33,039 nt of DNA from Jimgerdemannia flammicorona (Eukaryota). The translations under genes and the position numbers were made by a program. Positions 22,769 through 33,039 of the stretch are shown here, piece after piece. Under the pieces are notes generated by a model. That model was not told the origin of the DNA, ran no database searches, and saw nothing but the letters and a program-made list of their open reading frames with translations. The stretch covers positions 1 to 33,039 of the forward strand of contig RBNJ01000325.1 of assembly GCA_003990765.1 (NCBI GenBank). The letters are read 5' to 3'. Position 1 is the stretch's first letter; every line of letters starts with the position of its first letter.

Positions 22769-24226
22769 TGTAATGTGCCTGGCTCAATAGAGATAAATTA
22801 CAAGGTTGGGGGTTGATGTAGTTTGGCTTGAGCCCCCAGTTACTTTGTCAAAAAGCAACAAAATGTTCTAAGATTCCTGTGGTCTTTGGTATTTAGTGGT
22901 ATAATAGTCAAGCTGGATATTTGCAAGCAGTTTGTTTGTCAATTTCCTGATTGGGATAGTTCTCTGGATGTAGCAGTGATTTGGGGCTTTCCTTCTTGAG
23001 TCAATGAGGAATTGGTAGAATTTTGTATATAGTGTGAGTGGGTTCCTTATTTGGGTCAACTGGGAATGCCACAAATTTGTGTAGCATGACGATCTCTGTA
23101 TGATGGTCTGGCAATTTGGCAGTTCTCCCTCTTGGGTGATGGGTGATCTCTATATAGCATGATGGGTTCCTTATGTGGGACATTCTGATAATTTGGCAGA
23201 TAACTCGATTTGGCTCACTGGGAATAGTGGATGGTGTGGGTTCTTCTTACTGGGAATTATACTGGTGGCAGGTTCTCTGAATCAGACTCACTGGGAACAA
23301 ATGAATAACTTAGATGGTGCAGATGTTGTAGATTCTTCTGAATCAGCAGCTTCAACTGGGAATGTGGCAGATAACTTAGAAATAATGAATGATATAAATT
23401 TGGCTTTAACTGGGAATACTACTTGGATGGTGCAAGTTCATCTTCTGGGAATACGATGGCATGGATTCGGGGAATGCAGATAACTCAAAAGTGGTAGATG
23501 ACACAGATTCTCCTGAATTGGCAGGCTTCTGGGAAATAACTCAGATGGTGTGGATAACTTGGATGTTGCAGATTCTTCCTGAACCAGCAGCTTCAACTAG
23601 GAAATGGTGGCAAAGTTCTTCCTTGAACTTGGGCAGCAAATCTTCAGACTTATCTGATAAGTGAACCAAAAACAGACTTGTTCTTTGTATCAGAAAGTGG
23701 ACTGGAGTAGAAGAGAAGAGAACTAAACTCACAACTTCTTAGCAGTGGCTCATTGGCAGGCATATCTCCTAAGTGTTGCAATCCTTCCTAGATCAAGTGG
23801 CTTTTGGCAGACATTTCTCCTAAGTGTACCAGATAATTGACTTTTGCTTTGGTTTGTATTCAACTTTCGGACTGAGGTTTATTCACTCTTGTCTCTGGGG
23901 TAATTTGTACAAGTTGGTTGCTATCTGGTTGCTATGTGGCTAACTATAGGTTTGCTATTTGTGGCAGATATACAGAGTCTATATAGTGTACAGGTCCTAT
24001 ACAGTGTACAGAGTCTGTACAGTATACAGAGGCTGTACAGTATACAGAGTCTATACAGGTAAACAGACCCTATCAGGTATATCCAGCTAATTATAAGTAT
24101 GGCAGCATAAGTAACTATGATATACTGGATGTCATGCTGGGAGCCTACATCATCTGGTTAAGTATGCCAATTGTTTACATTATCTGGCTAAGTTATAATT
24201 TGGGTGGTATGTTTTGGTCTGTTACA
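22769..24226 (-). repeat. 5' LTR of element C (1458 bp)
   Basis: Colinear with 13813-15209. TGTAAC start at 24226 on the minus strand; followed by the PBS. Confidence 0.95.
23969..24058. repeat. 5 x 18-bp tandem array of a palindromic unit (TGTACAGA-G-TCTGTACA-G) in U3 of C's 5' LTR
   Basis: Units tatacagagtctatatag, tgtacaggtcctatacag, tgtacagagtctgtacag, tatacagaggctgtacag, tatacagagtctatacag. Two units at 15006-15041 in the 3' LTR; one in D (~24507-24524). Confidence 0.9.
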
Positions 24227-24230
24227 ATAG

Positions 24231-24297
24231 ATATGAGTAACTATACTATGCTTAGAGTTTATATTATCTGGTTATCTTATATTATTTGTTCATTACA
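24231..24297 (-). repeat. Outer remainder of element B's 5' LTR
   Basis: 13790-13812 joined to 24231 onward reads agctaattataagtataatag|atatgagtaactat..., homologous to the C LTR agctaattataagtatggcagcataagtaactat. Ends ...cattaca. Confidence 0.7.
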
Positions 24298-24368
24298 TTA
24301 TATATATATTAATTATATATAGGTATAGTAGTAATAACAAAAATAGTCTCTATTGCAATTATAGATAT

Positions 24369-25598
24369 TGTCACAAACCAAGATATACCACCTGAATTAT
24401 AACTTAACCAGATGATATAGGCTCCCAGCATAACATTCAGTATATCATAGTTACTCATGCCACCATACTTATAATTAGCTGGATATACTAGATAGGGTCT
24501 ATTTACCTGTACAGACTCTGTACATCTGATATAAGTAACAGGTCTATAGTTAGCCACATAGCAACCCATAGCAACCAAACTATATAAATTACCCCAGAGA
24601 CAAGAGTGAATAAACCTCAGTCCAAAAGTTGAATACAAACCAAAGCAAAAGTCAATTATCTGGTACACTTAGGAGAAACACCTGCCAAAAGCCACTTGAT
24701 CCAGGAAGGATTGCAACACTTAGGAGATATACCTGCCAATGAGTCACTGCTCAGAAGTTGTGAGCTTGGTTCTCTTCTCTTCTACTCCAGTCCACTTTCC
24801 AATATAAAGAACAAGTCTATTTTTGGTTTGCTTGTCAGATAAGCCTGAAGATTTGCTGCCCAAGTTCAAGGAAGAACTTTGCCACTGTTTCTCAGTTGAA
24901 GCTGCTGATTCAGAAGAATCTGCACCATAGTATTCCCAGTCGAAGCTGCCATTTTCAACTTGTCTGCATTCTCAGAGGACCTGTACCACCAGAGTTATTA
25001 TTCTCAGAAGAGCCTGATTCGCACCATCTGAGTTATTCATTGTTTCCGGTAAGTCTGAGTTATCAAGTTACCTGCTGCCAGCATTATTCCTGCTTATTCG
25101 AATTATCTGCACCATCCAAGTTATTAGTCCCAGAAGTCTGCCAATTCAGGAGAAGTCATGCCAAATCAAGCTATCTGCCAGAAATTGCATATTTTTGGAG
25201 ATTGTCATGCTACACTGAGATCGCCCATCACTCAAGAAGGAGAACTGTTATATTGCCAGACTGTCACACAGAGATCATTGTGCTACACAAACTGTGGTAT
25301 TCCCAGTTGACCCAAATAAGGAACCCACTCACACTACATATGAAATTCCACCAATTCCCAGTTGACCCAAGAAGGAAAAGACACAAATTGCCACTATACC
25401 CAGAGAATCATCCCAATTAGGAAATCAACACACAAAATACTCACAGATATTAAGTTTTGACTATTATACCACTAAATACCAAGGACCACAGGAATCTTAG
25501 AACATTTTGTTGCTTTTGACAAAGTAACTGGGGGCTCAAGCCAAACTACATCAATTCCTAACCTTGTAATTTACCTCCATTGAGCCAGGCACATTACA
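24369..25598 (+). repeat. 5' LTR of element D (1230 bp)
   Basis: TGTCAC...ATTACA termini. Reverse-complement homologue of the C LTRs, with TATATAAA at ~24581 and GAGTGAATAAACCTCAG at 24604-24620. Confidence 0.92.
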
Positions 25599-25599
25599 T

Positions 25600-25617
25600 T
25601 TGTGGGCTCAACTGGGA
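25600..25617 (+). promoter_or_regulatory. Mutated primer-binding site of element D
   Basis: ttgtgggctcaactggga vs C ttggaggctcaactggga, at the same position after the LTR. Confidence 0.7.
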
Positions 25618-25789
25618 AGATTTCAAAATCAATGTGACTTTTTAGCTTACAAGAACCTACAGTCAAACTGTATACATTTGATACAATGCCAACCTCTGCC
25701 ACTATAGGAGAACTAGTCATCACCAGCATTTGGACAGGAAGAGAAGTAATTACATCAAGACTTGCCAACTACCCAGCATTAGAAAGATC

Positions 25790-25870
25790 CCAACCAGAAC
25801 TAGAAAGCAGTGTAGCCTGAAATCCCCAACCAGAACCAGAAGGCAGTGCAGCCTGAAATCTCCAACCAGA
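25790..25870 (+). repeat. 36-bp tandem duplication in the leader/N-terminal gag region of D
   Basis: ccaaccagaactagaaagcagtgtagcctgaaatcc / ccaaccagaaccagaaggcagtgcagcctgaaatct. Single copy in C (~22535-22577). Confidence 0.8.
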
Positions 25871-27201
25871 TCAACCAGATAATACAAGCAGTTCTGCTAG
25901 AGATTTTGAAGAACTTGCACAAGAATTAGAAGATTTTATTACATAAACCTGAGACCTTATAGCCAGATGCCCCATATCAGTCCCACTAATTTCACCAATA
26001 GAACCTTTACCACAACTCCTTGCAGAGTCAGTAGTAGCTCCTACAAGAATACCTAGACTTACTCCACTTCATCCAAGGACCAGAACACCATCCTCAGGAA
26101 GCCCAAGCATCTTCATCTCTAGTGACGGTTCTGAAAGTGAACCAGAATCAGAATCCAGACCAGAACCAGAATCAGAAGAAAGTGATAAAAAAATGGCCAC
26201 CTTACTTCCAACCTTTGCAGGATACCCAGAGGAAGACTCCAGAGAATTCCTTGATGGGATTGAAGGAATTGCAGTCTTGAGAAATCTCCCAGATGACAGA
26301 AAAATCACCATCTACAAGGCTCAGCTCAGAGAACCAGCCAGAGGAATTTTCCATCAAACAGTAAACAACTCAGATTCAGAACTGGCAAGACAGATACAAG
26401 CAGCAATGTCCTATGAGCTAGAATATGAGGCCATGGTCCACTGGCTCATTGAAAAGTATGTGGGAAATGAAACCTACCACAAGGCTCTGGAATCCATTAT
26501 GAGGATGAAGATGAATCTTAAAGAATCACCCAGAGCCTTCTTCACAAGAATCCAGAAGAGAATGCATGCTGCCAGGTTCAATGCCACCAACCAGGACATC
26601 ATTGGTCCAATGACCTTCATGAATGGAATTCCCCCAAACATTGCCCAGCATGTTCACACCCTAGATATCAGAAGGTCAGAAGAGCAAGTAGATGCAGCCT
26701 AAGGATTCTTTGATGTCAGACAAGGAACTACCTGGAGTGATCATGATAAGAAAGAAGATAAAGAAGACATCCTGGTCAAAGCCCTACAAGGACTCCTTCA
26801 AGGACAAGAAAGATCCAAAGAAAAAAGACCAGCCAAGGAAGGAAAGAAAGACAGAAGTAAAATCTAAGACCTTAGCTCCAAGTTGGACTGATTGGTTGGA
26901 CAGATTGAAAAACTCACCACATGCAAAAATTGGGGCTACCAAGACAACAGAGGATATCCACTACAGAGGAGCCAAGGCTATCCACCAAGAGATAATAGGA
27001 ATTACCAGCAAGAAGAAAGAAGGTACCCTGTCCAAGACAGAACCCAAGTCCAATGCTTCCACTGTGGACAATTTGGACATTATGCCACCGAATGTGACAA
27101 CAAAAGAAGTGACCAAAGGGACTCAGAACCACCAAACCAAAGGAATGATACTCAGTATAAGAAGACTGAAGCCCATCCTGTGGAAGATTTCGAGGAAGCA
27201 A

Positions 27202-27318
27202 AAAACTTGCCTGTATAGGGCTATCCACTCAGGAAGATAGTGTCATCCTTGTGCAGGGGCCATGCTAATCTTCTCTGTATCATTCCAATTTTTTCAAGTG
27301 TCAGTGGTCCCGAAGGAC
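27202..27318 (-). ncRNA. U6: U6 spliceosomal snRNA retrocopy (pseudogene), full length
   Basis: Minus strand: GTCCTTCGGGAC (5' UUCG hairpin) CACTGACACTTGAAAAAATTGGAATGATACAGAGAAGATTAGCATGGCCCCTGCACAAGGATGACAC...GTTTT. ACAGAGA box, AGC triad, ISL and oligo-U end are all present. Flanked by the 16-bp TSD gatttcgaggaagcaa (27186-27201, 27324-27339). Absent from the homologous site in C (~21200-21222). Confidence 0.97.
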
Positions 27319-28607
27319 TTGATGATTTCGAGGAAGCAAGCAACAGTGAAGACTATAGTGACCTGGACTTGTACCCTACCAAGGTCACCTCCCAAAAAAC
27401 AGTTTACCCAGCAGAGAAAAGGAAGAGACCTGTGGGAAGGCCATCCAGGAACATCAGCAGAAGAATCATCCAAGAAGAAGACGAAGAACATGAGGAAGAA
27501 CAAGTAGAAATATCTCTCTGAACCCCCTCACCTTTTGTCTCTGAGACAAATGAGTTGCCACCAGAAGATGAAGAAATAGAATAAGTAGAACAGGAACTTG
27601 TTGCCCCAAAGCCCAAGAAAAAGTACACCCCAAAGATCATACCTAGAGACATCTACAATGAAGCCTGGCAGAAGATCCAAGAGGCCAAGATGGAAGTCCC
27701 CCTCCTGTAGTTCCTGCAACTGATGCCAGTTGGCATCCGAAACAAATTACTGAGAACCACCAGGTCTAGCACTGGCTGAGTCCCAATCCCACAGCAAGAA
27801 CCAGTTCCCATCCCTGTCCAGGCAGCTGAAAGACATATCAGCATCTACCTACATGGAGATATTGGAGGACAAAAAGTAAAGATCCTCATAGATACCAGAG
27901 CAGCTGTCTGTGTCATTGCCAAATAGTTCCTGGACACCCTCCAATGGCCCATTGATGGACCATCCAATTGCAGTATCATAGTAGCAGATAGAGCCCAAAT
28001 TCAACCCCTTGGAGAAGTATGAAATATCACTATCTCCCTCAGACACATTTAGTTCTCCATCTCCAAAGCTGTTGTCACTGAAGCTATCACCTATGACATG
28101 ATTCTTGGCACCAACTGGATGAAGGAAATGAATGCAGTTGTTGATATTGGCCAACAAGTACTCAAGTTTGACTACTGAGGCAAGAAGTACAGAGGTAAGG
28201 TGACCAGCTATGAGCAATTGAAGAAGAAGAAGGAGGTTACTATTCAGGAAGAATATGTCAGCAGTGAAGAGTCTACCATAGAGGAGGAAGAAGAATCTGA
28301 AGATGGAAATGATCCTAGACTCAACCCCCGAATTAACCTGGTAGATGATAGACCAGAGGACAATGTATGGGCCAAGAACACTGTCCCCATTATCATTGGA
28401 GCCATTGCTGGAGAAATCAAAGGATGCCCTATCTGTCTCAAGAGACACAAGTGTCCCAAGCATTCCTCCAAGACTATGGGAATAAGGAAATCACCTGGCA
28501 CAGTCTGCTCAGAGTGCAGAAGGAAGAAGAAGAAATGCAGACATGTTCCAGAAACACCTGCAACTGAAGCTGCAGAAGTACAAGCAATTTGGGGTCAAGA
28601 ATCATCT

Positions 28608-28799
28608 GAGGAAGAAGAAACTTCTGACCAAGAAGTTCTTGAACAAGAAGCACCTGAAGAAGAAGAAACTTCTGACCAAGAAGTTCTTGAACAAGAAGCA
28701 CCTGAAGAAGAAGAAACTTCTGACCAAGAAGTTCTTGAACAAGAAGCATCTGAAGAAGAAGAAACTTCTGACCAAGAAGTTCTTGAACAAGAAGCACCT
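28608..28799 (+). repeat. 4 x 48-bp coding tandem repeat (EEEETSDQEVLEQEAP)
   Basis: Four near-identical gaagaagaagaaacttctgaccaagaagttcttgaacaagaagcacct units. One unit in C (~19893-19940). Confidence 0.95.
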
Positions 28800-29649
28800 A
28801 AAGAAGAAGAGGTCCCCGAACTCATGCCCTGGGATGATCCTCACTGGACACCACCCAAAGACAACGACCCTTGGAATATGGAAGAAGGACCTAGTATAAT
28901 CACCATTATCCCCAAGAAAGGAACCCACCAAGAAAAAGCTTTTCAGCTAGGAAGATGTCCACATCAAATTGTCTTCCACTCTCCCTGAGACTACTGCTAT
29001 CAGTGCCATTTACTAGACCAACAGGAGAGACAGACCCCAGAGACCAGAACCCCCGAACACACTCACACAGTCAATTACCTTTCAAGAAGTCACCACCAAG
29101 TTGCAAAGCTGATTCAGGGGACAAGGCTTCTTCACCCAGACAGAAATATATCTCTTGTCTACTCTTCCACCCACCTATGACCAAGATGGGTACCCTTTCC
29201 CAAGACAACAAGAGATCAATAACTGGGAATATCATTTCTGAGTAATGAGATACTGCAACCATGGAAGACATCCAGACTGCTGAGACTGCAGGCATCAGAA
29301 GATCCATCTCAGTTATGATGTTACAGTCCACACCTTGAAGAAAGGAGATAACCAAAGCCAGATCTGAAATAGCCAGATCCAAAAAAGCTAGACCAAAAAG
29401 CCTGGAAGAAGGACCCTCAAGATCTATAATGTAGGCAAAGATATCCTAGCTCTCATCAGACATACAACCCACCAAGGATGGGCAGAAGATGCCACCAACT
29501 TCATGAAAGCCCTTAATCCTACAGGAAGAAGGGGAATCAACTATCTCTGAGACCCCTCTACTGGAGCCAGGTGACCACACCTCAAACTTAGAGCTTGGAG
29601 GCTTTCCACTAGTGGAGCTTCAGCCTTAGGAAAGCCTGAACTCAGCAAG

Positions 29650-30060
29650 GATATTGCCCAATATGCCCTGCTGCACCCCAAGGCCAAACCCCTGACCAAA
29701 GCCCACCCAGAGGATATAGGATATGATCTTCACAGCCTGGAGGATGAATCTATCAAACCTGGAAAAACCTTTATGATCAGAACCGGATTAGCCATGCAGC
29801 CACCCTAAGGAGCTTATATCCAACTGACCTCAAGGTCTGGACTTGCTAGACAAGGAATAACTGTGGAAGGAGAAACCATTGACCTAGGATAAATAGGTGA
29901 AATCAAGGTTATCTTACACAATAGCAGTGCAGAATAGCACTGAATCATTAGAGGACAGAAGATTGCCCAAGCAGTCTTTATGAAAATCAAGACCCTACAA
30001 TTACAAGAAGTCTCTGAACTAACTGAAGGAACAAGACAAGCCAAGGGATTTGGAAGTTCA
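29650..30060 (+). pseudogene. dUTPase domain in pol of element D
   Basis: KAHPEDIGYDL, TSRSGLARQG, EGETIDLG*IGEIKV, RGQKIAQ, TRQAKGFGSS. Confidence 0.92.
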
Positions 30061-32949
30061 GACAGAAAGGAAGTATATCTCCTTCAAGTTAACCACCTCA
30101 AGAGGAATGTTCCCCAGCAAGTGTACCAGCAACCAGTCAGACTGCACAAAAATCTTATCCTGAAGCCTGGAGAACAAACAACCTTCGAAATATTTGCACC
30201 ACCCGACCCCAGAAAACCTTTTCTTTGAACCCAAGGAAGATATTCCCCACCTGGACATAGAGAGACACACATTCCCTGATAAGATGAACCCAGTACACTC
30301 CAGAGCAACCAACCAAAGTTGGGAAACCATCATCTTGCCGAAAGGAACCATTATAGGGCACCTGGTACCTTTTCTCAACCAAACTCATAGAGAAGTTTAT
30401 GAACTAAACCTATTGGGAAACAGCAAAAGATCCCAGAGGAAAGGAAAGACCCCTCTGTGACCCAGGAAACAGTGAAGCCTTCCACCAACATTGGTGAAGA
30501 ATTGGCACCTCAACAACAACAACAACTAGTAGAACTTCTTAATAAATATCAAGATATCTTCACCACCGATTATAGCAACCTACCATACAATTCATCATAT
30601 CACCATAGCATAAATACAAGAAATGCAACACCCATCTGGCAGAAACTCTATAGAATACCCCATGACTTGAAAACATTTAAAAAAGTGCATATCCAAGAAC
30701 TCTTAGATAATAGAGTCATCCGACCCTCTACCAGCCCTTGGGCTAGCCCTATACTTATTGTACCAAAGAAAGGAGGATGGAGACTCTGTGTGGACTACAG
30801 GAAACTCAATTCAGTCACCAAAAAGGATACCTATCCTTTGCCCAGAATCGATGACCTTTTGGATCAGTTACAAGATGCCAGATACTTCAGCAGTATGGAC
30901 CTCTTTGTGGGATTCCATAAAATCCCCATGGACCCAAAAGACATTCAGAAAACAGCCTTCCTTGCTCTAGAAAAACTGTTTAAATACCTCCAAATACCCT
31001 TTGGACTTTGCAATGTACCCCCCCACCTTTCAGAGAATGATGAATTCAGTCTATACTCCCTTGATTCACTACTGCCTGATTTTATACATAGACAATTCCA
31101 ACATCTATTCAGCAAATTCTAAAGAACACCTGCACCACCTAGAGGAATTCGTTATACTCACCCACAAGAACTACTTGAGGCTGAATGCAAAGAAATGCTA
31201 CTTTGGAAAACAGAAACTCAAATTTCTTAAATTCATAGTTTCGAAGGAAGGAACCCATGCAGACCCAAAGAAAACTGTGAAGATCAACAATTGGCCAGTA
31301 CCCAAGACCCTGAAGGAAACACTATCATTCCTGATACTAGTATCCTACTACAGAAGGTTTATCAAGGATTTTGCCCAAATTGCTACTCTAATCCAGATCC
31401 TTCTCAAGATAGGAGTATCATTCAAATAGACAGAATCACAAGAAAAAGCCTTCAAAGAACTCAAGAACTGCATAATTACAGTACTGATCCTTATGTGCCC
31501 CAATCTACAGAAGCCATTCATCTTGTATACAGATGCTTCTAAAGATGGCCTCAGGGGCAGTTCTGGCTCAAGAAGGACCCAATCAACAGCACCATGTAAT
31601 AGCTTATGCAAGCAGAGCTACCAATTAGTAACAGAAGAACTATGGTAGCACCAAACTGGAATTCCTTGCAGTCATATTGGCAGTCACTCTGTTCAAACAT
31701 TACCTCATTAGAAAAAGATTCACTCTGATCACAGACTATGCAGCCCTCAAATAGCTATTCAACTATAAGGAACTCACCAGAATCCTAGTCTGCTGGATCC
31801 TTATCCTTCAGGATTACAAAATCACCATCATTCACAAAGCAGGGAAAGCCCATAACAATGTTGATGTACTTTTCCACCAGCCCCAATGAACCAAAAGAAG
31901 GGTGTCCCAAGGAACTATACTCTAAAGGAAGCTCCTCAGACCATCAAGGCACAGGAAGACCTCATCTGAAAAGAACATCAGAAAGCCCATTAAGGATAAG
32001 CAAACATAGAAGAAAAGCTGCAAACAATACACCAACATTGGCCCAATCTCAGAACATAAGTCTGAGATATACTCATAAAATGTGATACCTGCCAGAAGTA
32101 CCAAGGAAAGAAGAACTATCAAGCACCATTGCAATCAATTATACTGCCAGAAAACATCTTTCAGAGATGGAGAATAGATGTAATTGGACCTCTACCAGTT
32201 ACACCAAGAAGAAACAAATATATCCTTATATTTGTAGAACATCTGACCAAGTGGTCTAAGGCTTTTCCAATAGTAATCACAGATGCCTTAACCATTGTAG
32301 GTCTCCTCCATGGACTCACACTCAGATATGGACCCCCAGAAGAACTTATCTCTGACCAAGGCACAAAATTCATTAATAACATAATCACAAGTTATATCCG
32401 AATTCACAAGATCTACCTCAAAAGGACCACATCATACCACCCTCAGACCAATGGCATGACAGAGAGAATGAACCAGACCATCAAGAAAGAACTTGCCTGA
32501 GTCAATCCTACTAATTGGGACCTCTGCTTACCTGAGATCCTATGGGAAATTTGGAATACCCCTGCTGCCTCCACCAAACAAAAGCTATTCAAAATGATGT
32601 TTGCCAAAAAAACCAGAATTGCTGACTATGAGAATCTTGGAGACCTCCTCAAGAAAGCAGAACAGTTACATAGTCAAGCCCAAGGACAGATTATAAAAGC
32701 CCAAGAAAGACAAAAGAAGTACTATAACCAAAAACAGAAGGATCAGGAGATTAAGATTGGAGATCAAGTACTAGTTTGGAGAAGCATGATTGAAACAAAT
32801 TTTGCCACCAAACTGGAACTCAAATGGGAAGGACCTTATTTTGTATATAACATTAGAGGAACCAACATCTATTTAAGAAGCATGGATGGATGAATCCTGA
32901 GAATACCAGTATACATCAATCACCTCAAACTATATCTTCCCTCCACACC

Positions 32950-33020
32950 ATGAGCCAAAGGATTGATCAGCGCCTCCAGACATTGGTTCTCAGCTCCTTC
33001 CAAGCCCTACTAGTTCCTCT
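32950..33020 (+). pseudogene. Start of the extra 3' ORF of element D, interrupted by poly(T)
   Basis: MSQRIDQRLQTLVLSSFQALLVP, homologous to C 15764 onward. The ATG overlaps the pol TGA (ATGA). Confidence 0.65.
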
Positions 33021-33039
33021 TTTTTTTTTTTTTTTTTTT
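33020..33039 (-). mobile_element. Probable poly(A) tail of a further minus-strand non-LTR insertion
   Basis: A run of 20 T replaces the sequence that follows gttcctct in C (acctcaatttgg). Same junction style as 422-459. Confidence 0.55.

Larger units (their letters stand above)
13813..24226 (-). mobile_element. Full-length Ty3/gypsy retrotransposon C (10.4 kb), non-functional
   Basis: Two ~1.4-kb LTRs with TGTAA...TTACA termini, 4-bp TSD ATAG (13809-13812 and 24227-24230), PBS, gag, PR (ILIDTGAAV ~20640-20665), dUTPase, RT (RMPFGLCNAPPTFQR, YMDD), RNase H (ILYTDASKDGLGAVL), integrase, and GPY motif. Confidence 0.97.
26193..32953 (+). pseudogene. gag-pol of element D with stops, frameshifts and a U6 insertion
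   Basis: ORF pieces 26193-26702, 26892-27218, 27240-27521, 28200-28988, 29980-30228, 30457-31122, 31001-31429, 32129-32500, 32594-32893. The RT motif has decayed to YIDN and the protease motif to DTRA. Confidence 0.93.
24369..33020 (+). mobile_element. Ty3/gypsy retrotransposon D (same family as C); 3' end beyond the window
   Basis: 5' LTR, PBS, gag (LPTFAGYPEEDSREFLD; CFHCGQFGHYATEC), PR, dUTPase, RT ([26 protein letters not shown]), RNase H, integrase (IDVIGPLP...SDQGTKF...NGMTERMN), and KWEGPY. Confidence 0.97.

Noticed and set aside
23969..24058. CRISPR-like array of palindromic repeats
   Set aside because: The units are contiguous with no unique spacers, lie inside an LTR, and the context is eukaryotic with no cas genes.
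24896..25420. LTR-encoded protein (174 aa) and other LTR ORFs
   Set aside because: Frames and boundaries are not maintained among the B, C and D LTRs.
27202..27318. Functional U6 gene
   Set aside because: It is TSD-bounded inside gag, absent from the sister element, has no flanking promoter sequence of its own, and shows a CpG-type change next to the ACAGAGA box.
28608..28799. CRISPR array, or a lysine-rich protein from ORF 28543-28899
   Set aside because: It is a spacerless coding tandem repeat. The Lys-rich and antisense ORFs are alternative frames of the acidic pol repeat.
32594..32953. Chromodomain or env at the end of pol
   Set aside because: The sequence is the GPY/F SH3-like integrase tail (GDQVLV...KWEGPY). 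No chromodomain motif follows, and the extra ORF lacks signal and transmembrane segments.
13813..33020. C/D as an assembly fold-back or a single inverted duplication
   Set aside because: The arms are substantially diverged with private indels, and C has its own TSD.

Overview
Repeat-rich eukaryotic DNA, most likely from an early-diverging fungus (Mucoromycota/Glomeromycota-like). That assignment is inferred from a Crinkler-type gene, a fungal-style U6 and GT-AG introns. About 88% of the window is a nest of four decayed, CpG-depleted Ty3/gypsy LTR retrotransposons. A (minus, ~143-7392) is old and from a distinct family. B (minus) is a truncated gag plus 5' LTR at ~11182-13812, with the LTR continuing at 24231-24297. 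C (minus, 13813-24226) is full length, with 1.4-kb LTRs and a 4-bp ATAG target-site duplication (TSD), and is inserted into B's LTR. D (plus, 24369 to window end) is the same family as C and lies head-to-head with it. A, C and D carry a dUTPase between protease and RT, a Cys/His-rich insert in pol, and an extra ORF between integrase and the 3' LTR. Secondary non-LTR insertions are a 5'-truncated LINE with poly(A) and a 17-bp TSD (439-1408), another LINE fragment in A's 3' LTR (1-142), a poly(A) tail at the window end, and a full-length antisense U6 snRNA retrocopy with a 16-bp TSD inside D's gag (27202-27323). A CpG-rich 3.8-kb island (7393-11181) holds two effector-like pseudogenes: a Crinkler (CRN) N-terminal-domain gene and an apparently intronless Fic (AMPylase-family) gene. 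No intact protein-coding gene is evident.
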